DNA of 63,963 nt, filler included, from Acidimicrobiia bacterium (GCA_046759765.1; 3 parts of 3 records of this genome joined end to end with filler, not necessarily neighbours in it); one strand, 5' to 3'. Numbered from the whole stretch's first letter, positions 41,368 to 52,003 are shown. Notes: a model not told the origin generated them from the letters alone. Numbers and translations are program-made.

Positions 41368-42201
41368 CTACCCGGATCCCGCCAAGGCAGCTTCCAGAGT
41401 CGCCACGATCTCCCGAAGGTGATCCAACCGCCCTTCCTGCGTTTCAGCATCGTGGAGCAGGCTTTGGGCGGAGTGATAGGCGATCCAGGCGTCATATTGG
41501 TCCGTCGCCATATCCCTTCCGTATCCCTCCTGAAAAGCGGCCATCCCGGCTTCGCCCATGTCGATTCCGACTCTCCATGATGCGTAGCTCAGGTCCCACT
41601 CGGGAGGCGCGAGTGTGGCCCAGCCCCATCCAACGAGTGTCACCTGCCCGTTCTCGGAGACGATGAAGCTCTCAGTTCCTGGACGAGTGTGGGCCGCGCG
41701 GGCCTCCGAGGCCTGTGGGGGAGCGGTCGCTTCAGCGGCTTGAAACACATCAGGGGCGATTTGGAGCTTTCGCCGATAGCGACCCAGCCGCTGAAATGTC
41801 GTTACGAAGTCAGCGGCGATGGTGTCAGCGTCCATGCCTCCGGAGAGGTTGGTCAAGTCACCAGGATCGGCGTCGTGAATGCCGCGCAGGACTTCTCCGG
41901 CGCGACCCGCCGCGTCGAGATTGCCGGTCAACGTCGCCAAGCTCCAGCTGCCCGCGTCGGCGAAGACCACCCATGGATGTTCAGCATCCGACTTACGACC
42001 TAGGACCCGAGGAATCCCGTGGACGCCCCCAAGCGCGTCAAGGGCGCGCTTCTCGCGCCGCTCCCTGCTCTGCGAGGCGTATACCTTGACGATGGCCGTC
42101 TCGTCCTCACGCCAGACGCGGTAGACATGGTTGGCTCGGTCGGAGACCAACTTGACGTTACCGCCTTTGGCAATCGCCTTCGCGATCTCAGCCGGTTCCA
42201 T
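41368..42201 (-). CDS. Aminoglycoside phosphotransferase/choline kinase-fold protein with degenerate catalytic motifs
   Basis: N.VYRV..AIVKVY..RE..AL..L...P.VL, AGEVLR.IH; HTRP and LVGWG sit where HGD and LIDW are expected; PPEWDL. Confidence 0.65.
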   Translation of the reverse strand: MEPAEIAKAIAKGGNVKLVSDRANHVYRVWREDETAIVKVYASQSRERREKRALDALGGVHGIPRVLGRKSDAEHPWVVFADAGSWSLATLTGNLDAAGRAGEVLRGIHDADPGDLTNLSGGMDADTIAADFVTTFQRLGRYRRKLQIAPDVFQAAEATAPPQASEARAAHTRPGTESFIVSENGQVTLVGWGWATLAPPEWDLSYASWRVGIDMGEAGMAAFQEGYGRDMATDQYDAWIAYHSAQSLLHDAETQEGRLDHLREIVATLEAALAGSG

Positions 42202-42286
42202 TTGGAACTCCGTGGGGTAAATCGGGCGTACGAGGCCCGGGCCGCCTATACCCTATTGTCTTCAAAGCTACGACATAGAGGCCGAA

Positions 42287-44218
42287 ATGTCACTCAACTA
42301 CGAGCTGCCAGACGGCTCCGTCATGGAGCTGACACCCGGGACAACCGGCCTCGAAGCCGCGGAGCAGATCGGCCCCCGGTTGGCACGGGCTGCTGTAGCG
42401 GTCCGTCTCGATGGGGAGCTGCGTGACCTCACGCTTCCTCTCCCAGAAGGAGGGAACCTCGAGATCCTCACCATCGATAGCGAAGAAGGCAGACACGTTC
42501 TGCGCCATTCCGCCGCCCATGTGTTGGCTCAGGCCGTGCTCGACCTGTTTGAGGGAGCCAAGTTCGCCATCGGACCGCCGATTGCCGACGGCTTCTATTA
42601 CGACTTCGACATCGGCCGACCCTTTACGCCGGACGACCTGGAACGGATTCAGGAGCGAATGAGCGAGATCGTCGCCGAAGATCAGCCTTTCGTGCGCGAT
42701 GAGATGAGCCGCCAGGAGGGCCTGGCCCTCTTCGAGGACCAGCCCTTCAAAGTCGAGATCATCGAATCGGTGGACGAGTCAGAGGTACCCGGACTCGATA
42801 CCGTCTCGGTGTACCGCAACGACGGCTTCGTGGATCTCTGCCTCGGACCACATGTGCCGTCGACTGGGCGCATCGCCGCCTTCGAGTTGCTACGGAGTGC
42901 CGGCGCTTACTGGCGCGGCGACGAGAAACGTCCTCAGCTTCAGCGGATCTATGGAACCGCCTGGGAGACCCGGGCCGCCCTCGAGGGCTATCTGGAGCGA
43001 ATCGAAGAAGCGGAGAGGCGCGACCATCGACGGCTTGGTGCGGAGCTGGACCTCTTCTCCTTCCCGTCCGAGTTAGGAAGCGGTCTGGCGGTCTGGCATC
43101 CAAAGGGAGCCATCGTTCGGCAGGTGATCGAGGACTACTCCAGGCGCGTACATCTCGATCGCGGCTACGAGTTGGTGGGTTCGCCGCATGTCGCTCGGGC
43201 CGGGCTGTGGGAGACCTCGGGCCATCTCGACTACTACTCCGACAGCATGTACCCGCCGATGGAGCTCGGAGAGGGCGACGACTACTACGTCAAGCCGATG
43301 AACTGTCCCTTCCACATCCTCGTTTTCAAGAGCCGGAGCCGCTCCTATCGGGAGCTACCGATGCGATTGTTCGAGCTCGGCACCGTGTATCGCTACGAAC
43401 GTTCGGGGGTAGTGCACGGGCTGATGCGGGTGCGTGGGTTCACGGTGGACGATGCCCACATGTTCGTCCCGCGGTCTGAGTTGGGAGATGAGCTACGCGA
43501 AGTCTTGGATCTCGCCATGGGAATGCTGTCCGACTTCGGGTTCGACACCTTTGAGGCAAGCCTGTCGACTCGTCCGGACGAGTTCGTGGGCGACGCCGAG
43601 CTGTGGGACGCGGCCACCGATGCGCTCAGGGAGTCTTTGGAGGCTACCGAGGTGCCTTATGAGGTGGCCGAGGGCGAAGGCGCCTTCTACGGCCCCAAGA
43701 TCGACCTGCATATACGGGATGCACTCGGACGCCGTTGGCAGATGACCACTATTCAGGTGGACTTCTCCTTACCGGAGAAATTCGACATCTCATACATCGA
43801 CTCGGACAGTGCCAAGGTCCGGCCCGTGATGATTCACCGTGCCCTTCTTGGCTCCGTGGAGCGGTTCATCGGTGTGCTAGTCGAGCACTACGCCGGTGCG
43901 CTGCCGGCCTGGCTGTCGCCTGTTCAGGTGACGATCGTTCCGGTAGCTGATCGGCACGCAACCTTCGCCGCCGAGGTGGCAGGAGAGCTCGGGGCCCGGG
44001 ATCTGAGAGTCGAAGTGGACGGCTCGGATGCGACCGTTTCCGACAAGATCCGTAGGGCACTGGCGGACAAGCATCCGGCCGTCCTGGTTGTCGGCGACGA
44101 AGACGTGGATCACGGAACAGTAGGTGTGCGAATGCGAGGCGATGATGTGGAGGAGAGAGCCGTTCCTATTGAGGATGTAGCAGAACGTTTGGCTGAGCTA
44201 GCCCGGCAACCTCGATAG
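42287..44218 (+). CDS. thrS: Threonine--tRNA ligase
   Basis: RHSAAH, GPPI.DGFYYDF, DLC.GPH, RDHRRLG, KPMNCP, GAFYGPKID. Confidence 0.98.
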   Translation: MSLNYELPDGSVMELTPGTTGLEAAEQIGPRLARAAVAVRLDGELRDLTLPLPEGGNLEILTIDSEEGRHVLRHSAAHVLAQAVLDLFEGAKFAIGPPIADGFYYDFDIGRPFTPDDLERIQERMSEIVAEDQPFVRDEMSRQEGLALFEDQPFKVEIIESVDESEVPGLDTVSVYRNDGFVDLCLGPHVPSTGRIAAFELLRSAGAYWRGDEKRPQLQRIYGTAWETRAALEGYLERIEEAERRDHRRLGAELDLFSFPSELGSGLAVWHPKGAIVRQVIEDYSRRVHLDRGYELVGSPHVARAGLWETSGHLDYYSDSMYPPMELGEGDDYYVKPMNCPFHILVFKSRSRSYRELPMRLFELGTVYRYERSGVVHGLMRVRGFTVDDAHMFVPRSELGDELREVLDLAMGMLSDFGFDTFEASLSTRPDEFVGDAELWDAATDALRESLEATEVPYEVAEGEGAFYGPKIDLHIRDALGRRWQMTTIQVDFSLPEKFDISYIDSDSAKVRPVMIHRALLGSVERFIGVLVEHYAGALPAWLSPVQVTIVPVADRHATFAAEVAGELGARDLRVEVDGSDATVSDKIRRALADKHPAVLVVGDEDVDHGTVGVRMRGDDVEERAVPIEDVAERLAELARQPR

Positions 44219-44232
44219 GAGTAGCTAGGGAC

Positions 44233-44634
44233 ATGCCCTCGGTCTTCACTCGGATAATCGACGAGGAGCTCCCGGCTCACTTCGTCTGGTCTGACGACCT
44301 GTGCGTCGCCTTCCTCAGCGCCAATCCTCTCCGAGCCGGGCATACCTTGGTCGTGCCGAGAGCGGAGATCGATCATTGGTTGGATCTCGATTTGGAGACA
44401 ATGTCCCACCTAATGGAGGTGGCACAGAGGATCGGCAAGGCCATTCAGAAGGCGTTCGAGCCGACGAAGGTGGGGTTGATGGTGGCCGGCCTCGAGGTTG
44501 CCCATGTTCACTTGCATGTCAGCCCGATCGACAGCGTCCATGACCTGGACTTCGGCAACGCCGCACGGGATCCCGACCCGGCCGAGCTGGAAGATGCCGC
44601 CAACCGAATTCGCGCGGCCCTCGAAGCGACGTGA
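44233..44634 (+). CDS. HIT family protein
   Basis: SVFTRII, GHTLVVP, HVHLHV. Confidence 0.93.
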   Translation: MPSVFTRIIDEELPAHFVWSDDLCVAFLSANPLRAGHTLVVPRAEIDHWLDLDLETMSHLMEVAQRIGKAIQKAFEPTKVGLMVAGLEVAHVHLHVSPIDSVHDLDFGNAARDPDPAELEDAANRIRAALEAT

Positions 44635-45104
44635 TGGTCGAGATCCCGCGTGATGTCGCGTCTTCGGAGGGTGTCCCCGATGATCTCGACTCCGCTTCCG
44701 TTGGTCCTTACCAGTTCCCGAGCCCGAGGCGAAGGAGGATTGCCGGCAGCCTCTATCTCGGAGCGGCGGCGCTTATGGCCCTAGGCGCCGCCGTCGGACT
44801 TCCCACCGGTCTATGGATAGCGGCAGGCGGATTGGTTCTGCTGGCCTCCTATCACTTCGCCACCGCGTGGAAGGTGACGATCGACGAGAGGGCGGCCCTT
44901 CAGACCGCCGGCAGCTCAGTTGACTTCGCCGTCGGTCATGCTTCCGCCGCATTGCGGTTTGAGGGATTTCTTTCGAGACCCGTTTGGAGCGTAATTCTGT
45001 ACTCGGCCAGCGAGCCACCCACGAAGCGAGCCCTAGTGCGAATTGATGCACGAAGCTCGACGCTGCGGGCGGAACCCTACGTCGAGGAGATCGAGACCCC
45101 TTAA
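44631..45104 (+). CDS. Hypothetical membrane protein
   Basis: Overlaps the HIT stop; two TMs; VGHASA, RPVW..LYSA.EPP. Confidence 0.7.
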   Translation: MMVEIPRDVASSEGVPDDLDSASVGPYQFPSPRRRRIAGSLYLGAAALMALGAAVGLPTGLWIAAGGLVLLASYHFATAWKVTIDERAALQTAGSSVDFAVGHASAALRFEGFLSRPVWSVILYSASEPPTKRALVRIDARSSTLRAEPYVEEIETP

Positions 45105-46384
45105 CGATCGGCTATGTCGACGTAGTCGCGGGCCTGCGGGCCCACGTAGAGCTGTCGTGGCCGCCAGATTCGAGTGCCCGGATCTTGATTCATCTCCCTC
45201 CATTGCGAGATCCAGCCTGGCAAGCGACCGATGGCGAACAGTACAGTGAACATCTCGGTGGGGAACCCCATGGCTCGGTAGATGATGCCCGAGTAGAAGT
45301 CGACATTCGGGTACAGCTTGCGCTCTACGAAGTACTCGTCTGCAAGGGCAGCTTCTTCGAGCTCGAGCGCGATGTCGAGCAATGGGTCCTTGGCCCCGAG
45401 CCTGTCGAGTACTTCACTCGCCGTCTTCTTGATGAGCTCGGCCCGAGGGTCGAAGTTCTTGTAGATTCGGTGGCCGAACCCCATCAGCCGGAACGGATCG
45501 TCGCGGTCCTTGGCGCGATCGACCCAGCTCTGCACCTCCCTGCCCTGTTCTCGGATCAGGCCGAGCATTTCGACGACTTCCTGGTTGGCTCCCCCGTGGC
45601 TGGGTCCGGACAAGGCGTGAATTCCGGCGGCCATAGAGGAAAAGATGTTGGCCTGGCCCGATCCGACCATTCGCACCGTCGACGAAGAACAGTTCTGCCC
45701 GTGATCGGCATGGAGGATGAACAGCTGGTCCAGAGCCCGTGCGATCACCGGATCGACCTCAAAGGCCTCGGTCGGCAGTGCGAACATCATGTTGAGGAAG
45801 TTGGTCGTGTATTCGAGATCGTTGCGGGGATACACGTACGGCTGGTCCATCGAGTGTTTGTAGGCCCAGGCCGCGATCGTCGGCATCTTGGCTATGAGCC
45901 TTGTGGTGGAAATGGCTATCGACGACTCATCGAAGGGATCGAGCGCATCCGGGTAATAGGAGGCGAGAGCGGAGGTTGCCGACGCGAGGATCTGCATCGG
46001 GTGGGCGTCCATCGGAAACGCTTCAAAGAGGTGTTTGGCGTCCTCCCGTAGCAAGGTGTGGCTGGAAATCGAGTCTTGGTACGCCTCCAGCTCGTCCTTA
46101 GTCGGAAGCTCTCCGTGGTAGAGCAGATAGGCCACCTCGAGGAACGTGGACCGTGCGGCCAGTGCCTCGATCGGGTAGCCGCGGTACCACAGAATTCCTT
46201 CCTCCCCGTTGATGAACGTGACCTCGGAAGCTGTCTCCGCAGTGTTGGCAAAGCCCTTGTCAATCGTCACGAGGCCCGTCTCGGAGCGAAGACGCGAGAT
46301 GTCGACTCCCTTCTCGCCCTCAGTGCCTGACAGCACCTCAAATGTGGAGGTGTTGCCTTCGTAGTCAAGTGTTGCCTCTGTCAC
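45101..46384 (-). CDS. gltA: Citrate synthase
   Basis: YRGYPIE, DAHPM, ILHADH.QNCS, HGGAN, LMGFGHR, YPNVDFYSG; GTG start after AAGGAG. Confidence 0.96.
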   Translation of the reverse strand: MTEATLDYEGNTSTFEVLSGTEGEKGVDISRLRSETGLVTIDKGFANTAETASEVTFINGEEGILWYRGYPIEALAARSTFLEVAYLLYHGELPTKDELEAYQDSISSHTLLREDAKHLFEAFPMDAHPMQILASATSALASYYPDALDPFDESSIAISTTRLIAKMPTIAAWAYKHSMDQPYVYPRNDLEYTTNFLNMMFALPTEAFEVDPVIARALDQLFILHADHGQNCSSSTVRMVGSGQANIFSSMAAGIHALSGPSHGGANQEVVEMLGLIREQGREVQSWVDRAKDRDDPFRLMGFGHRIYKNFDPRAELIKKTASEVLDRLGAKDPLLDIALELEEAALADEYFVERKLYPNVDFYSGIIYRAMGFPTEMFTVLFAIGRLPGWISQWREMNQDPGTRIWRPRQLYVGPQARDYVDIADR

Positions 46385-46395
46385 GGCTCTCTCCT

Positions 46396-48450
46396 TCACT
46401 CCTGCGCCGCCCGCGCTGCGGTGATGATCCGAGTCGACTCCTGGTGTGGAACGGGCTCATAGCGATCGAAAACCATCTCGAACGTTCCTCTTCCTCCGGT
46501 CATGGAGCGGAGATCGACTGCATAACGCTGCACTTCGGCCAGGGGTGCTTCGGCCGTAACGACGCGAGCCTTGCCATCGGTGTCCATCCCTAGGACCGCG
46601 CCTCGCTTGGCGGAAAGATCACCCATGACGTCGCCGGTGGCGTCCTCCGGAATCTTGATCTCGAGCTTGACGATCGGCTCGAGCAGGACGGCTCCCAACG
46701 AAGGAGAGGCTCCGCGGAACGCGAGGATCCCCGCCATTCGGAACGATGTCTCGTCGGAGTCGACCGAGTGGTATTTGCCGTCATAGACGGTTGCCCTCAC
46801 GTCCACCACCGGGAAGCCCGCAACGGGTCCACGCTCCATTGCTTCCTTGACGCCCTTGTCAACTGCGGGAATGAACCCACGCGGGATGGCGCCGCCCTTG
46901 ATCTGGTCGACGAACTCATAGCCGGTGCCACGGGTTAAAGGCTCGAAGCGAACCCATGCCACCCCGAACTGTCCCCTGCCACCGGTCTGCTTCTTGTGTT
47001 TACCTTCGGCCTCGGCGCTGGTCGTGATGGTCTCGCGGTAAGGAACCAGGGGCACAGACGTAACGGCCTCAGCACCGAACTTGCGAGCGACCCGGGCCAG
47101 CGTCACGTCGAGGTGCGTTTCGCCCATCCCAGACAACACCGTCTCGCGCGTCTCTTTCCTTCGCTCCAGCGCCAGGGTCGGATCGTCCTCCGTCGCCCTT
47201 CGAAGTGCCAGAGAGAGCTTGTCCTCGTCAGCCGAGGACTTCGGCGTCACCGCGACGCTCATGAACGGACGTGGGAACGGTACCGGCTCGAACTGGAGCC
47301 CTGATCCGACCGTTCGGAGCGTGTCGCCCGAGAAGGCCCCTTCCAGCTTGGCGACGGCCGCAATGTCGCCCGTTGTCACGTTGGTGGCATCCTGGTGCTC
47401 CTTGCCCTGCATGAAGAAGAGGTTGTGCATCCTTCCTCTGGTGCCACGTCCGGCGTTCTCGACCTCCGCATCCTGGGGGATCGCGCCCGTGAACACTCGA
47501 AACAACGAGATCTGTCCCACGTACGGGTCTGCAACTGTCTTGAAGACATAGACCGCCGCGGGTCCGCCGGGGTCGACCTGCGTCAGCTCCCCCGCCAACA
47601 GCGGGGGAGGCTTGCGCTCCAGGGGAGTGGGCGCGAACTCGACTAAGAAGTCGGCCAGGATGTCGATGCCGATCAGGTGCGTCGCCGAGCCACACAGAAC
47701 AGGCACGATCTCGCCGTTGATCATTCCCGAGTGGATAGCGGCTACCAGCTCGTCGGGCGTCGGCTCGTCACCATCGAAATACCGTTCGAGAAGCTCGTCG
47801 TCGGTCTCGACGGCCGACTCGACCACCGCGGTGCGGACCTCTTCTAGCTCCGGTGCGATATCATCTGGGATCTCCGCAGCTTGGCCGGCCGGATCCTCGG
47901 GCGCGTAGACGAAGGCCTTCGAGGTAATCGCCCGGACCAGGCCTTTGAACTCATGCTCGGCACCGATCGGGACGTGGATGGGAGCGATCTCCTTGCCGAA
48001 CCTCTCTCGCAGCTCCGCAAGGACGCGCGGGAACGAGGCCCGCTCGCGATCCAGCATGTTTACGAAGACCGCCCGCGACACTCCCTCTTCGACTGCCGCC
48101 TCCCATAGGAGCTCCGTCTGGACCTCGACGCCGGCGACGGCGTTGACTACGAAGAGTGCTAGGTCGGCGGCCCGGAGGGCGCTGCGCGCCTCCCCCAGGA
48201 AGTCGGCGTACCCGGGGGTATCGATCAGGTTGATCTTGATGCCCTTCCGCTCCAGCGAGGAGATCGCCAGGCTGAGCGACAGGCCTCGGTCGACCTCTTC
48301 CGGCTCGAAGTCCATGGTTGTGGATCCTTCCTCGACCCGTCCTAGACGCGTCGTAACGCCGGCGGAGTAAAGCAAGGCCTCAGCAAGTGACGTCTTGCCG
48401 CTGCCGCCGTGGCCCACCAAAGCGATATTGCGGATCCCTTCCGGTTCCAC
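46396..48450 (-). CDS. Elongation factor G-like protein (EF-G paralog)
   Basis: GHGGSGKT, DTPGY, GMGETHL, KKQTGGRGQFG, DGKYHSVDSDE; effector loop RGLSL instead of RGITI. Confidence 0.93.
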   Translation of the reverse strand: MEPEGIRNIALVGHGGSGKTSLAEALLYSAGVTTRLGRVEEGSTTMDFEPEEVDRGLSLSLAISSLERKGIKINLIDTPGYADFLGEARSALRAADLALFVVNAVAGVEVQTELLWEAAVEEGVSRAVFVNMLDRERASFPRVLAELRERFGKEIAPIHVPIGAEHEFKGLVRAITSKAFVYAPEDPAGQAAEIPDDIAPELEEVRTAVVESAVETDDELLERYFDGDEPTPDELVAAIHSGMINGEIVPVLCGSATHLIGIDILADFLVEFAPTPLERKPPPLLAGELTQVDPGGPAAVYVFKTVADPYVGQISLFRVFTGAIPQDAEVENAGRGTRGRMHNLFFMQGKEHQDATNVTTGDIAAVAKLEGAFSGDTLRTVGSGLQFEPVPFPRPFMSVAVTPKSSADEDKLSLALRRATEDDPTLALERRKETRETVLSGMGETHLDVTLARVARKFGAEAVTSVPLVPYRETITTSAEAEGKHKKQTGGRGQFGVAWVRFEPLTRGTGYEFVDQIKGGAIPRGFIPAVDKGVKEAMERGPVAGFPVVDVRATVYDGKYHSVDSDETSFRMAGILAFRGASPSLGAVLLEPIVKLEIKIPEDATGDVMGDLSAKRGAVLGMDTDGKARVVTAEAPLAEVQRYAVDLRSMTGGRGTFEMVFDRYEPVPHQESTRIITAARAAQE

Positions 48451-48538
48451 TCACCGTCCCTTCGCGCCTTGTGATCGAGTGTAGTGAGGGTGGTTCAAGC
48501 ACCAACCGGGTGGTACTTTTCGCCCCTCAGGTGTTGAC

Positions 48539-49111
48539 GTGATCGAAGTTCGGGCCCGCAAACAGGCCGAGAGGCTGGTCGCTCCCATTGGCCGCTTTCT
48601 CGCTCGAATGCATGTCTCTCCCGCGGGAGTGACGCTCGCCGGGCTGGTTATCACGATCGGGGGGGCCGTCCTGGTTGCCGTCGGACAGCTGGCTGTTGGC
48701 TCGTGGATAGTGGTGATCGGATCGATTGTCGACAGCCTCGACGGTGCGGTGGCGAGAGCCACGGGAAAGGTGACTGACCGGGGAGCCTTCGTCGACTCCG
48801 TGGCCGATCGGATGGGCGAAACCGCCATGTGGGCCGCCGTGGTAGTGGCGGTCCCAACCCAACCAGTAGCGGTGTTGTGCGTCCTGGTCTTGGGAGGCTC
48901 GCTCCTAACGTCCTATCTCAGGGCGAAGGCGGAGAGCGTTGGGATCGACGGCACCGGGGGGGTGTTCGGGAGGGCAGAGCGGATCATTCTCTACACAGTC
49001 GGGCTCACATTCTCGGGCATCCTCGTGCCCGTCCTTTGGATACTCGTCGTGGGTACCTGGGTGACCGTCGCCTACCGCTTCTCCATCAACTGGCGCCAGC
49101 TCCGCGAGTGA
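48539..49111 (+). CDS. pgsA: CDP-alcohol phosphatidyltransferase (phosphatidylinositol phosphate synthase)
   Basis: DSLDGAVAR...G...D...DR, SYLRAKAE, RAER; heads the PIM operon. Confidence 0.9.
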   Translation: MIEVRARKQAERLVAPIGRFLARMHVSPAGVTLAGLVITIGGAVLVAVGQLAVGSWIVVIGSIVDSLDGAVARATGKVTDRGAFVDSVADRMGETAMWAAVVVAVPTQPVAVLCVLVLGGSLLTSYLRAKAESVGIDGTGGVFGRAERIILYTVGLTFSGILVPVLWILVVGTWVTVAYRFSINWRQLRE

Positions 49112-49980
49112 GTGACTGGCCCCGATACGTAGCCTTTCGTCTGGCGTCGGGAGCGATCGGTCTACTCCCCCTATCTGTTGCGGCGCGGGCCGGCGATCGT
49201 GCTGGCCGCGTCGTCTACCAGTTGGACCGACCGCGGCGTGAGATGGCCCGGCGTCACATGCATCGTGTCCTCGGCCCCGAGGCAGATGTCACGAAAGCCG
49301 CGAAGGGTGTCTTCGGTGCCTACGGACGGTATTGGAGCGAGGTCTTCTGGTTCAGGCCGCGCCGCAAGTCCGAGCTGTTGCAACAGACGAAGGTAGAGAA
49401 CATCCGTACCGCCCTCGACATCCACGATCGAGGTGAGGGCATGGTCTTAGCCCTGCCCCATATGGGTAACTGGGAGCTGGCGGGCACGGAGGCGACGAGG
49501 CACGGCTTGGAGGTGATCGCCGTGGCCGAATCACTCGGTAACCAGCTGATTGCCGACTGGTTCGTTTCGCTGCGGGCGCAATTCGGGATCGAGGTCCTTC
49601 TGATGGGTTCAAAGGCCAACCTGACAAGACAGCTGGTGGAGGGACTCAAACGCGGCGCGGCCGTGGCGCTGGTCGCCGACCGTGACCTCACCGGCCGGGG
49701 CATATCGGTGGAGTTCTTCGGAGAGAAGACCACCCTGCCGGCGGGACCGGCCGCGCTGGCTCTCCGGGCGGGAGTCCCGCTACTCCCCATCGGGACGTAC
49801 TTTCGCGGAGCGACCGGTCACCTCATCGTGGTGGACGACCCCATTCCGGTGCCACAGGGCGTCGAAGCAGACCAGGTGGCGGAGATGACCCAGGCGCTTG
49901 CCAACCGATTCGAGAGCCTCATACGCCGCCAACCTGAGGACTGGCACCTGGTTCAGCCCAACTGGCCGTCCGACAAATGA
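49108..49980 (+). CDS. patA: Phosphatidylinositol mannoside acyltransferase
   Basis: YGRYW.E.F, LPHMGNWE, LVADRDL, PAGPA.LA, DWH..QP.W. Confidence 0.88.
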   Translation: MSDWPRYVAFRLASGAIGLLPLSVAARAGDRAGRVVYQLDRPRREMARRHMHRVLGPEADVTKAAKGVFGAYGRYWSEVFWFRPRRKSELLQQTKVENIRTALDIHDRGEGMVLALPHMGNWELAGTEATRHGLEVIAVAESLGNQLIADWFVSLRAQFGIEVLLMGSKANLTRQLVEGLKRGAAVALVADRDLTGRGISVEFFGEKTTLPAGPAALALRAGVPLLPIGTYFRGATGHLIVVDDPIPVPQGVEADQVAEMTQALANRFESLIRRQPEDWHLVQPNWPSDK

Positions 49981-51014
49981 AGGTCGCAGTCGTATCTCCG
50001 TACGCCCTGGATCGTCCGGGCGGAGTCCAACGTCAGTGCTCCGGGTTGATCACTGGATTGACGGAGGCCGGACATAACGCGTGGTTGGTCGGACCCGGTC
50101 GCTCCGGACCTGAAGGGAGCAAGCTGATCTCGAGCAGTACTCCCGTGCCCGCCAACAGGTCCGTTGCTCCTATTGGCCTCGACCCGCGGCTGGGAGCGAG
50201 GTTGCGAGCTGCCATCGACGGCGCCGACCTCGTGCACGTGCACGAACCCCTAACGCCGTTGGTCTCCTGGGCCGCGCTCCGCGCTGCCGTTCCGCTTGTC
50301 GGCACGTTTCATGCTGATCCTCCGCCCTGGGTACGGGTCATCTACCGAGTTGGCAGACTTGCAGTCGCCGCCGCCATTGGGCGCCTCTCGGCGGCCACAG
50401 CCGTGAGCAAGGTTGCGGCCGAGGCAGTTGCCGACTTGACCGATCGCGTGGAAGTCATACCCAATGGCGTGAGCACAGCTGCCTTCAGGCCCGGCGACCG
50501 CGGCGAGCAGAGAGTCGCCTTTCTGGGGCGCGACGAACCCCGCAAGGGACTCGATGTGCTCCTGGAGGCGTGGCCGGTCATTGCGGCAGCCAACTCAGAG
50601 GCAGAGCTGGTGGTCATGGGAGCCGTCCGAGCATCAGCGCCTCCCGGCGTCAGGCTTCTCGGTGAGGTCGACGAGGACCGAAAGCAAGGCGAGTTGGCGC
50701 AGACCGATGTGCTGTGCGCCCCTAATCTGGGCGGAGAGAGCTTCGGGATAGCTGTCGTCGAAGCCATGGCGTCCGGGTGTGCGGTGGTGGCCTCGGACCT
50801 TCCGGGCTTCAGAGATACGCTCGGTGGCGCCGGTCTGCTGGTTCCTCCGGGTGACCCGCAAGCGCTAGCCGCCGCGGTCTCCTCTCTCCTGCAGGACATG
50901 GACCGGAGGGCTCGATTGCAGGAGGCGGCGCGAACGCGCGCCAAGGAGTTCGACTGGAGCGTCGTCCTCCCGGCCTACGAGGCCGTCTACGAGCGGGTAC
51001 TTCACGGAGGCTGA
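49977..51014 (+). CDS. pimA: Phosphatidyl-myo-inositol alpha-mannosyltransferase (GT4)
   Basis: SPY..PGGVQ, HVHEP, GTFH, EPRKG, GGESFGI.VVEAMA. Confidence 0.88.
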   Translation: MKVAVVSPYALDRPGGVQRQCSGLITGLTEAGHNAWLVGPGRSGPEGSKLISSSTPVPANRSVAPIGLDPRLGARLRAAIDGADLVHVHEPLTPLVSWAALRAAVPLVGTFHADPPPWVRVIYRVGRLAVAAAIGRLSAATAVSKVAAEAVADLTDRVEVIPNGVSTAAFRPGDRGEQRVAFLGRDEPRKGLDVLLEAWPVIAAANSEAELVVMGAVRASAPPGVRLLGEVDEDRKQGELAQTDVLCAPNLGGESFGIAVVEAMASGCAVVASDLPGFRDTLGGAGLLVPPGDPQALAAAVSSLLQDMDRRARLQEAARTRAKEFDWSVVLPAYEAVYERVLHGG

Positions 51015-51022
51015 CCACGAGG

Positions 51023-51077
51023 CGCGTTCCTGTCAATCTCAGCCGCGGAAAGCGCGGTTCAGATTGACAGAAACGCG
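51023..51077. terminator. Long stem-loop (terminator or REP-like element) after the PIM operon
   Basis: cgcgttcCTGTCAATCT-cagccgcg gaaag cgcggttc-AGATTGACAGaaacgcg inverted repeat. Confidence 0.65.
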
Positions 51078-51125
51078 GCCTTAGGCCTCTGAGGGCTGGC
51101 CCACGCCATCGCTACACTCAGCCGC

Positions 51126-52001
51126 GTGGAACGCGGAACCGACACGGTCAAACGAGGCCTTGCTGAGATGCTCAAAGGCGGCGTGATAATGGACGTTGTC
51201 TCGGCTGACCAGGCCAAGATTGCCGAAGAGGCCGGCGCCGTCGCTGTAATGGCGCTCGAACGGGTCCCGGCCGACATTCGGGCCCAGGGCGGTGTCGCAC
51301 GGATGGCAGCCGTCCAGAAGATCGAAGAGGTGATGGCGGCCGTCACGATCCCCGTAATGGCGAAAGCTCGAATCGGTCACTTCGTCGAAGCCCAGGTTCT
51401 CCAGGCGCTCGGTGTGGATTACATCGACGAGAGCGAGGTGCTGACGCCTGCCGACGAGGCCAACCACATCGACAAGTGGGCATTCACGACACCGTTTGTG
51501 TGCGGCGCCCGAAACCTGGGGGAGGCGCTGCGCCGGATCGGTGAGGGCGCCGCGATGATCCGGACCAAAGGCGAAGCCGGAACGGGGAACGTTGTCGAGG
51601 CGGTTCGGCACATGAGGGGCATTACGGACGAGATTCGGCGCCTCACCACATTGGGCGACGACCAGCGGATGTCGGCCGCTAAGGAACTGGCAGCTCCGTT
51701 CGAGCTGGTCCGGGAGGTGTCGCAGCTGGGAGCGCTTCCAGTCGTGAACTTCGCGGCGGGAGGCATCGCCACGCCGGCGGACGCGGCGATGATGATGCAG
51801 CTCGGCTGCGACGGTGTCTTCGTTGGTTCGGGGATCTTCAAGAGCGATGACCCTCCGTCGTATGCACGTGCGATAGTCGAGGCCGTGACCTTCTACGAGG
51901 ATCCAGAGATTCTCGCCAAAGTGTCGCGCGGGCTCTCCGAGGCGATGAAGGGCCTCGAGATCTCGGATATCGAGAACCGCCTCCAGGAGCGGGGCAACTG
52001 A
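51126..52001 (+). CDS. pdxS: PLP synthase lyase subunit
   Basis: [33 protein letters not shown]. Confidence 0.97.
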   Translation: MERGTDTVKRGLAEMLKGGVIMDVVSADQAKIAEEAGAVAVMALERVPADIRAQGGVARMAAVQKIEEVMAAVTIPVMAKARIGHFVEAQVLQALGVDYIDESEVLTPADEANHIDKWAFTTPFVCGARNLGEALRRIGEGAAMIRTKGEAGTGNVVEAVRHMRGITDEIRRLTTLGDDQRMSAAKELAAPFELVREVSQLGALPVVNFAAGGIATPADAAMMMQLGCDGVFVGSGIFKSDDPPSYARAIVEAVTFYEDPEILAKVSRGLSEAMKGLEISDIENRLQERGN

Positions 52002-52003
52002 CA

